Part shown: positions 57,200-64,000 of the stretch, piece after piece
How the letters are laid out: every line of letters begins with the position of its first letter
How positions within the stretch are numbered: position 1 is the stretch's first letter
Origin: a virus
Virus record (IMG/VR): IMGVR_UViG_3300042914_002167
Length of the DNA stretch: 64,000 bases
Reading direction: 5' to 3' (one strand)
Position numbers and translations under genes: made by a program
The notes under the pieces: model-generated
Seen by the model: the letters and a program-made list of their open reading frames with translations, nothing else
Database searches by the model: none
What the model was told of the DNA's origin: nothing

Positions 57200-57753
57200 A
57201 AGTCGCAGGGCTGGACTACTCAATGACATCTCCAGCCATATGTCTCTATGATGATGCAGATGGTGAAATGAACTTTAGTAACTGCCGATCCTATTACTTG
57301 ACACAGGTAAAGAAGTATGATATCATTGTCAAGAATATGGTCGGCAAATACTTTGAGTACACTGACGATATGATGAGATTTGATTCCATATCAAGTTTCT
57401 TCATAGAGAGAATTCTAGAGCGTGGCATTGAGAAAGTCTTTATTGAAGGCTACTCAATGGGATCAAAAGGCAGAGTGTTCCACATCGCAGAGAACACTGG
57501 CATTCTAAAGTACAGATTGTGGAAGTACGGCGTAGACTTTGAAGCTGTGCCTCCAACTGTGATCAAAAAGTTCGCTACGGGCAAAGGTAATGCAGACAAA
57601 GAAAAGATGCAAACCGCGTTTGTAGCCGAAAACAACCTAGACATCAAATTTGAACTCGGTATGACTGAGAAGCAATGGAATCCATCTTCTGACATTATCG
57701 ATGCCTATTGGATATGCAAGTATGGCTATCAACAAATTAGGAGCGTGGAATGA
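57196..57753 (+). CDS. RuvC-like resolvase/nuclease
   Basis: GLDYSMTSP, IEGY, KKFATGKGNADK, DIIDA. Confidence 0.8.
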   Translation: MKVAGLDYSMTSPAICLYDDADGEMNFSNCRSYYLTQVKKYDIIVKNMVGKYFEYTDDMMRFDSISSFFIERILERGIEKVFIEGYSMGSKGRVFHIAENTGILKYRLWKYGVDFEAVPPTVIKKFATGKGNADKEKMQTAFVAENNLDIKFELGMTEKQWNPSSDIIDAYWICKYGYQQIRSVE

Positions 57754-58421
57754 CAAGATTATCAGGAGATGACACCATGGCAGGTTTGAAGAATATCAAG
57801 TTTGAGGGTAAGCCTATCGGGCACATCTTCGATCTTTATCTTTGTGGTGAGATTCTTCCACCAGAAAACTACATTGATCAGTTTGAGATCATCCGAAACG
57901 CAGGAGAGAATGATGTGATCCGACTTCACATCAACTCAGCCGGCGGTGATCTATCAACTGCGATCCAATTCAATCGTGTAATCCAAGAGTCGCAAGCACA
58001 AATCTGCGCATCTGCTGAAGGTTATTGTATGTCTGCTGCGACAATGATCTTTCTAGCAGCAGACATGTTTGAAATCTCGGATCACTGTTTCTTTATGTTC
58101 CACAACTACTCTGGTGGATCATTTGGCAAGGGCGGCGAGATGTACGATCATATCGTCAGTGAACGCAAGTGGTCCGACAAGCTAGTCAACAAGGTTTACA
58201 GTGACTTCCTAACTCCAGAAGAGATCAAGTCTATTCTTGACAACAAAGACATCTGGATGGACGGCGAAGAGGTCAAGATTCGTCTTGAGAAGAAGATTAA
58301 AAAAATGAACGCCGATGTTGAAAAGATTGAAAGGGCGCTCATGGATCAATCTATACCTGATGTTATAGAGAAAAAGCCATCGCCCAAGAAAAAGGTTGCA
58401 GGAAAGACAACTGATGTATAA
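57750..58421 (+). CDS. ClpP-like serine protease
   Basis: HINSAGG, CMSAATMIFLA, FMFHN, KDIW. Confidence 0.8.
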   Translation: MTRLSGDDTMAGLKNIKFEGKPIGHIFDLYLCGEILPPENYIDQFEIIRNAGENDVIRLHINSAGGDLSTAIQFNRVIQESQAQICASAEGYCMSAATMIFLAADMFEISDHCFFMFHNYSGGSFGKGGEMYDHIVSERKWSDKLVNKVYSDFLTPEEIKSILDNKDIWMDGEEVKIRLEKKIKKMNADVEKIERALMDQSIPDVIEKKPSPKKKVAGKTTDV

Positions 58422-59241
58422 ATTGAAGTTCAACTTTCATCATATTGGTGATCAAATAAGCACAACATCAATACCAGAAAATGTATTCAATGTAACTGGG
58501 AAAAAGTGTGTTATCACAGATAAAAGAATCTGGGCATTTGAACATAATCCGTATGTACACTTCTTAGAAGAAGAGGATGCTATTGATCTTCCTGAGATCA
58601 GTTTGATTCCAGATTGTAGAGTTCAAGAGCAAGTGAAACATTTTCATGAGAAGATGCAAACGATTGTTGCTGGTTCTCAAGCAGAATATATGTGTGTGAA
58701 TTTGGGATTTAGTGATGTTAGATTGAGGCATCCTAGACTTTACATCCATGAAGATGTTGATATTATTCCAAATAAAATTGTAGTGCATACAACAGGTTCT
58801 GATAGAACTCGCGATAAAGAACCAGCTATTCGTACATCTTCTGGTGAAGATGCGGTTAGGGTGATGTCCGATGATGTCATAGCGAATATTCTAAGAAACT
58901 ACAAAGACTATCAAATCATTCAGTTGGGTGGAAAAGATGACAAGTTACTCGGTGGGCACAGTGTGGACATGAGAGGTAAACTTTCACTGTTTGATGTTGC
59001 AAAAGAAATTGCATCGTCTGCCAGATTCATAGGTGTAAACTCTGGGCTAATGCACATTGCTAATTGCTATCCTCGTGTAGATAAGAGAATTGTATTGATG
59101 GAGTTTCCTAGGGAGACATTGATGACATTCAAGCCATGTGACATCAGAAATTGGTTGTTCTCTTGGATTGACATCTCAAATGTATTTTTCAATAAGTTTG
59201 AACACGATGTTGGGCTTACATATTCGTACACTAAGATATGA
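58414..59241 (+). CDS. GT9-like (heptosyltransferase-type) glycosyltransferase
   Basis: HIGDQI, IIQLGG, DMRGKLSL, FIGVNSGLMHIA. Confidence 0.7.
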   Translation: MYKLKFNFHHIGDQISTTSIPENVFNVTGKKCVITDKRIWAFEHNPYVHFLEEEDAIDLPEISLIPDCRVQEQVKHFHEKMQTIVAGSQAEYMCVNLGFSDVRLRHPRLYIHEDVDIIPNKIVVHTTGSDRTRDKEPAIRTSSGEDAVRVMSDDVIANILRNYKDYQIIQLGGKDDKLLGGHSVDMRGKLSLFDVAKEIASSARFIGVNSGLMHIANCYPRVDKRIVLMEFPRETLMTFKPCDIRNWLFSWIDISNVFFNKFEHDVGLTYSYTKI

Positions 59242-59260
59242 AAAAAATTACTTTGTTATT

Positions 59261-60013
59261 ATGAAAAAAATTACTTTGTTATGCGTTGGCAATACACATC
59301 ATTCGTTGATGAAAAAGTCTATAGATATAAGTTTGCGTGCCATTGAGACTGAATGTGAAGAGGTTCTCCATATCACAGATAGACAAACAAATGATAGGGG
59401 CTTGATACTATCAAACACATTTGATATTGATCAATATAACAAACTTATCGTAAAAGAACTTTCTGGCTTGATCAAGACAGAGTTTGTCATGATCATTCAA
59501 TATGATGGTATGGCAGTCAACAATAAGTATTGGACAAACGAATTCTATAATTATGATTACATAGGTGCACCCTGGCCAGATAGATTTACCTGGATAGAAG
59601 ACTCTGAAAAAGTTGGAAATGGTGGTTTTAGTTTGCGTAGCGCAAAGTTACTTGATGTGCTAACAGATGATTCTATTAGATTTCATAACGATAATCCAAG
59701 ATTCAAAAATGAAGATGCTGTGATTTGTCAAGGATATAGTGAATACTTGAAGCGTAAGTACAAAATCAAGTATGCCACTTCATCATTAGCAAACAAATTC
59801 TCGCATGAATGGTGTAATCCTACAGGAAAAACATTTGGCTTTCATGGTGTATGGAATACACCTCTTTACTTCAAAGAAGATGAAGTTGTCAACTTTATAC
59901 AAGAAATACCAAAGAGTCACTGGCTTGACGACAAACGACAGATGTTCTTTCAAAATTGTCGATCAAAAGGTTATCTAAGAGCAATAAGAAAGTATAGTGA
60001 AATATATGAATAA
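59261..60013 (+). CDS. DUF5672-like putative glycosyltransferase
   Basis: IIQYDG, YDYIGAPW, VGNGGFSLRS, NED, FGFHG. Confidence 0.75.
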   Translation: MKKITLLCVGNTHHSLMKKSIDISLRAIETECEEVLHITDRQTNDRGLILSNTFDIDQYNKLIVKELSGLIKTEFVMIIQYDGMAVNNKYWTNEFYNYDYIGAPWPDRFTWIEDSEKVGNGGFSLRSAKLLDVLTDDSIRFHNDNPRFKNEDAVICQGYSEYLKRKYKIKYATSSLANKFSHEWCNPTGKTFGFHGVWNTPLYFKEDEVVNFIQEIPKSHWLDDKRQMFFQNCRSKGYLRAIRKYSEIYE

Positions 60014-60296
60014 TCCTTTCTCATCAACGATTGAATGGATACAAAATGACTGGAATTCAAATAAGTTTAGATTCATGGTTGAAGTCTTGGCGTGGGCTAT
60101 TAGTATTGGCTGTAGTATTATTATGGCCCTCACTGTTCCTAATCCTCCTCTTATGGCTCTTTATCCTGTTTGGATTGTTGGTTGCAGTTTGTATGCTTGG
60201 GCTTCTTGGACTAGGAAATCTTTTGGTATGCTTGCTAACTATATCTTGCTAACAACAATTGATTCTATTGGGCTGGTACGGATGATCATTGCTTGA
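60006..60296 (+). CDS. Small membrane protein
   Basis: Three hydrophobic segments. Confidence 0.65.
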   Translation: MNNPFSSTIEWIQNDWNSNKFRFMVEVLAWAISIGCSIIMALTVPNPPLMALYPVWIVGCSLYAWASWTRKSFGMLANYILLTTIDSIGLVRMIIA

Positions 60297-60321
60297 CATT
60301 CCGTGTGTTCCGTGATATGAT
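60293..60321 (+). promoter_or_regulatory. Sigma70-like promoter
   Basis: TTGACA-17-TATGAT. Confidence 0.75.
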
Positions 60322-60350
60322 GATGACACTTGACTATGAAGGAGTTTGGA

Positions 60351-60794
60351 ATGACTGGAAATACTTTTACCCTTGATGTTCAGCATGATGATGCTGGAGA
60401 AGCATACATTGAATTTCCCCAAGAGACTATGGCTGGGCTTGGATGGAAAGAGGGAGACACTGTTGTCTGGGCTGACAACAACGACGGCTCTTTCACTTTG
60501 ACGAAGAAGAACACCGAATGGGTTCTTGTAGAATGTGTCAGCACATTCCGTCAGCGTTACATGGTAGAAGTTCCTCGCGGTAAGTCTGAGTGGGCACTAG
60601 ATACAGTGACTATGGAAGAAGCACAAGAGTTCTCTCAGAAGCATCTCGGTGAAACCATCGTATCGCATCGTGTCGTTTCTTACGATGAAGCAATGCGTAT
60701 GTGTGATGAAGACAATGACTATGTAAAAAATACATGGACTAATCTGAAGAAGCGTGAAGTATTCTTCACACCAATCAAGGAAGATGAAGAATGA
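60351..60794 (+). CDS. Protein with AbrB/MazE-like N-terminal domain
   Basis: IEFPQETMAGLGWKEGDTVVW; SD AAGGAG. Confidence 0.6.
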   Translation: MTGNTFTLDVQHDDAGEAYIEFPQETMAGLGWKEGDTVVWADNNDGSFTLTKKNTEWVLVECVSTFRQRYMVEVPRGKSEWALDTVTMEEAQEFSQKHLGETIVSHRVVSYDEAMRMCDEDNDYVKNTWTNLKKREVFFTPIKEDEE

Positions 60795-61537
60795 AAGTGT
60801 ATATCGGTCCATACACCGATTGGTTCGGTCCTTATCAACTGGCAGAAAAAATTCTTTTCTGGATGGACAAAGATGAAGATGATCGTGTTCACAAGTTTGG
60901 GCAATGGCTTGCTGGCGACAGTGATCGGGAAGAAGATGATGAAGTTCTCCGTGAACCGGAAAAGAAGTCTATGCTTTACAAGTTCCTCCTTTGGGTGGAC
61001 TCTAAGAAAAGCCGTACTGTCGAGGTCTGTATTGACAAGTATGATACTTGGAACATGGACCGTACGCTTGCGATTATTGTCCTACCTATGCTCAAGCAAC
61101 TCCAAGAAAAGAAGCATGGCTCTCAAATTGTTGATGTAGAAGATGTCCCCGAATACCTTCGCTGCACCACAACTGAAGACTATGATAGTCAACTGACTTT
61201 TGAGTTCTACCAAGAGCATGAAGTCAAAGAAGGTGAAGCAGATATTCACGCTCGTTGGGATTGGGTTCTTAGTGAAATGATCTGGGCGTTTGAGCAACAC
61301 CAACCTGACGTTGATTGGGAATCACAATACTACACAGGTGAATCAGACTGGCGCTGGAAGAAAGTCGAGGGGACTTATCCTAATCCAGTGACGGGTAAAG
61401 AGGAGGGGCTGACTCAGATGGTAGAAGGCCCTAATCACACACAGAATATTGATTCGGATGGTATGCGCAAGCATCAAGAGCGCATCAGCAACGGCTTTCG
61501 TTTGTTCGGAAAATATTATCAAGGATTGTGGGACTAA
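60791..61537 (+). CDS. Conserved hypothetical protein
   Basis: DTWNMD.TLA.IVLPML, WDWVLSEMIWAF, GFRLFGKYYQGLWD. Confidence 0.7.
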   Translation: MKVYIGPYTDWFGPYQLAEKILFWMDKDEDDRVHKFGQWLAGDSDREEDDEVLREPEKKSMLYKFLLWVDSKKSRTVEVCIDKYDTWNMDRTLAIIVLPMLKQLQEKKHGSQIVDVEDVPEYLRCTTTEDYDSQLTFEFYQEHEVKEGEADIHARWDWVLSEMIWAFEQHQPDVDWESQYYTGESDWRWKKVEGTYPNPVTGKEEGLTQMVEGPNHTQNIDSDGMRKHQERISNGFRLFGKYYQGLWD

Positions 61538-61540
61538 ATC

Positions 61541-61771
61541 ATGACTGTACCATATGAAAGAGTATCATCAGTCAACAGAACAAGACAGTTTCTGATTGAC
61601 TTGATGAATCCTAAAGTGACGCCTCGTGTTCCTAAAGACATTCGATGGCAAGCAAGATCATTGCTGAGACACTATCCTAGTAAATATGAAATGGAAATTG
61701 CATGTGAGAACGAAGAAATATTGACAGAAAAACATCCAATGACATTTAGAGTATTCAAGAAAGACTTTTAG
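61541..61771 (+). CDS. Small conserved hypothetical protein
   Basis: MT.P.ER...TPRVPK.IR..A..LLRHYP. Confidence 0.65.
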   Translation: MTVPYERVSSVNRTRQFLIDLMNPKVTPRVPKDIRWQARSLLRHYPSKYEMEIACENEEILTEKHPMTFRVFKKDF

Positions 61772-61773
61772 AT

Positions 61774-62619
61774 ATGAAATTCTCTCTAGCAAGTGACGTT
61801 CATTTGGAGTGTGGATATCTTGATCTGACAAACGAAGAAGGATCAGATGTCCTTGTTCTTGCGGGTGACATCTTTGTCGCAAATGAATTCAGAATCAAAA
61901 CTGGAAATGGGCATACGTATCGCCGATTCATTGAAGAAGTGACTGGGCGATATGGGCATGTTGTCTACATCATGGGCAATCATGAACACTATCATGGTGA
62001 CTACGCAAAGACTGCTGACATCATTCGCGATGAGTTCAAATACTTCAACAATCTGAAGTTTTTGGATAACACTTTCGTTGACATTTGTGATGTTCGGTTC
62101 ATCGGTGGCACTCTATGGACTGATCTGAACAAGAATGATCCACTGACGATTCAGCAAATCCAGAGGTCGATGAATGACTATCGTCTGGTCGAGAACAGTG
62201 GAAATCCAGTGTCATATCGCGTGACGAATACGGACGGTCAAGTTTCATTCAAGACAAGACCATCTAGACTTCATCCTAACGACTGCGCCGAAGAACACAA
62301 GAAGTGTCTCGCGACAATCAGTGAGATCCTGAATTCTTATCAGGATGACAAGAAAGTTGTTGTTGTCACACATCATCTGCCCACGCTTGAGTCTGTGCCA
62401 CATGAGTACAGGAGAGATTATCACGGCAACGGTGCTTTCGCCTCAGACTTGTCGAATTTCATTCTTGATCGGCCGCGCATCAAGTATTGGATTCATGGGC
62501 ATACGCACGACCCGTGTGACTACATGGTTGGTGACACTAGGGTTGTTTGTAATCCTCGTGGTTATATCGGATATGAAACAATTGCCAGAAATTTCAAGAT
62601 AAAGCAGTACGAAGTCTGA
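61774..62619 (+). CDS. Calcineurin-like metallophosphoesterase
   Basis: SDVH, AGDI, GNHE, THH, HGHTH, NPRGY. Confidence 0.9.
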   Translation: MKFSLASDVHLECGYLDLTNEEGSDVLVLAGDIFVANEFRIKTGNGHTYRRFIEEVTGRYGHVVYIMGNHEHYHGDYAKTADIIRDEFKYFNNLKFLDNTFVDICDVRFIGGTLWTDLNKNDPLTIQQIQRSMNDYRLVENSGNPVSYRVTNTDGQVSFKTRPSRLHPNDCAEEHKKCLATISEILNSYQDDKKVVVVTHHLPTLESVPHEYRRDYHGNGAFASDLSNFILDRPRIKYWIHGHTHDPCDYMVGDTRVVCNPRGYIGYETIARNFKIKQYEV

Positions 62620-62672
62620 TGTTGTTTTTACGCAACAACAGACTTGACATTGTTGACATAGTGCGATAAACT
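62620..62672 (+). promoter_or_regulatory. Promoter with palindromic box
   Basis: Box 62620-62637; TTGACA-17-TAAACT. Confidence 0.65.
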
Positions 62673-62681
62673 ATATACAAG

Positions 62682-63035
62682 ATGAAAGATAACTCATGGA
62701 GCAATATGTTTTTCATCTACGGTGCGGAAAATAGCAGGGCATGCGACAAAGCAGAATTTTTGCTCTTTACTATGAACTTGGAGTATAGACTCTACATTTT
62801 TGGTAGAGACTACACATTCAAACAACTCAACAGACTTGTGCCCGACACAACAGTTGTGCCGCACATCTATCATGGCGCCAAGTATATTGGCGGCGTGAAA
62901 GACCTATACGATTATCTACATAGTGAGAAAGTGATAAATGAGTCAAAAGGACAATCCGAAAGATGTGAGAAAATTCTTGGTATCTCTCCTGACGGAGACT
63001 CCAGGGAAAGCAAAGGTGACTTTCACGAAGAGTGA
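62682..63035 (+). CDS. Glutaredoxin-like protein (SxxC)
   Basis: IYG..NSRAC..A, VPHIY, YIGG. Confidence 0.6.
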   Translation: MKDNSWSNMFFIYGAENSRACDKAEFLLFTMNLEYRLYIFGRDYTFKQLNRLVPDTTVVPHIYHGAKYIGGVKDLYDYLHSEKVINESKGQSERCEKILGISPDGDSRESKGDFHEE

Positions 63036-63225
63036 CGGTACCGAGCGTGAGATGCTTTGCACTCTTCGCGAAGAATTCATTCAACAATATGAAAAGAAGA
63101 CAGAAAGGGTTCGTCAAGAGAACTTGGATGTCATGTCCGTATGGGACCTAGAAAAAAGCGGTTGGAGATCATTCCGCATTGATTCGGTGAAACGTATTGA
63201 TTTTGATCTTGTAGAAAATGCGTAA
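62938..63225 (+). CDS. SH3/WYL-like small protein
   Basis: VTFTKSDGTEREMLCTL...VWDLEKSGWRSFR. Confidence 0.7.
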   Translation: MSQKDNPKDVRKFLVSLLTETPGKAKVTFTKSDGTEREMLCTLREEFIQQYEKKTERVRQENLDVMSVWDLEKSGWRSFRIDSVKRIDFDLVENA

Positions 63226-64000
63226 ATTGACTGCACTGGATCCATCTATGATGGGTCCAGAACCATCTTGGGCTGATCCAGCCAATCTTCCTACACTCAC
63301 ATCAGCATTGAGTTGGTACACATATTCCTTTGGCAATAAAGAAGCCAAAGAGTTTGTGTTGGACTATGCGAAAAGTGTTGGTCGCTCGAAAGATGAGATT
63401 GAGAATCTGAAGAGCATTTCAGACGACAAGTACATCAAGCAATTCGGCTGGGTTGCTAGAATGATGTGTGTCGGATATACACCAGACGACAAGACAAAAG
63501 AATTCTTCACTAAGACATACAAGTCTATGTTTGCGTATGTCAAGAAGACTGACGCAATCAAGACTGAGGAAGTTGCATCGGACGCCACTCTCGCACCAAG
63601 GGTGACGATACAATCACGCATTCAAGACAAAGCACATGAAGAAGCTGGTGATCTTGAAGGATTGATTGACGACTTCGTTGCGTCTGGATGCAAGATGCAG
63701 ATTGATCTGGACAACTATGTGAAGAACAAGAAGTTGAGTTCGGTTGTTCTCAAGAAAATTTGTGACATCTTTGTCGTCCGCAGTTCGCGAATTGCGAATG
63801 TGATTGAGTCTAAGGATCCACAAATCAAAGAGGGATACTCCAACTTCACAAAGCCAGAATTGAGGCGGTTGAAAGACTTCCTTGATGCTATCGTTGCAGC
63901 CACAAACAAGGGTGCAGTTGAGTCTAAGCCAGTTCGAAAGACCAGGAAGAAGAAAGAGAAGCCCGCTGCGGTTCTTGCCTCAAAGGTGTCTTATCTCAAG
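63218..64000 (+). CDS. Conserved hypothetical protein, 3'-truncated
   Basis: ATG 63218, MRKLTALDPSMMGPEP...ALSWY; appears open to the window end. Confidence 0.6.
   Translation, partial: MRKLTALDPSMMGPEPSWADPANLPTLTSALSWYTYSFGNKEAKEFVLDYAKSVGRSKDEIENLKSISDDKYIKQFGWVARMMCVGYTPDDKTKEFFTKTYKSMFAYVKKTDAIKTEEVASDATLAPRVTIQSRIQDKAHEEAGDLEGLIDDFVASGCKMQIDLDNYVKNKKLSSVVLKKICDIFVVRSSRIANVIESKDPQIKEGYSNFTKPELRRLKDFLDAIVAATNKGAVESKPVRKTRKKKEKPAAVLASKVSYLK

Noticed and set aside
1-64000. Stop-codon reassignment
   Set aside because: Core genes are full length under the standard code, and TAA, TGA and TAG all end genes (TAG ends gp41 and nrdA).

Overview
This is a 64 kb segment of a large T4-like myophage genome, with essentially all genes on the + strand. 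The i-/o-spanin pair indicates a Gram-negative host. Gene order: a fibre-like gene and a Ser/Thr/Glu repeat gene; the head module (gp67, a modular polyprotein, gp68, gp21, gp22, gp23); gp3, uvsY, uvsW, gp55, gp47/46; an accessory cluster (deformylase, cupin, HldE-like nucleotidyltransferase and kinase, dCMP deaminase, TAGT-like glycosyltransferase, GIY-YIG-like ORF); early VWA/MoxR genes; replication genes (gp45, dsbA, gp44/62, regA, hsp20, gp43, uvsX, gp40, gp41); a promoter-repeat-flanked early cassette; a late cluster of putative capsid-packaged cargo proteins; structural genes; spanins; primase, thyX, nrdAB; and RuvC-like, ClpP-like and glycosyltransferase genes. Main findings: (1) several proteins start with a T4 internal-protein-like capsid-targeting sequence and are strings of small basic modules separated by repeated EEVELEE-type prohead-protease motifs, suggesting modular injected polyproteins, and this cargo includes a ligase-fold enzyme and an HxGH nucleotidyltransferase; (2) uvsX is fractured by a naturally split intein with a free-standing HNH gene between the halves; (3) a helically phased TGTTG-N8-CAACA operator lies at five promoters; (4) twin antisense sigma70 promoters; (5) a ROSE-like thermometer before hsp20. 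All family assignments come from motif recognition by eye; no database searches were run. No tRNA, rRNA or CRISPR array was seen.
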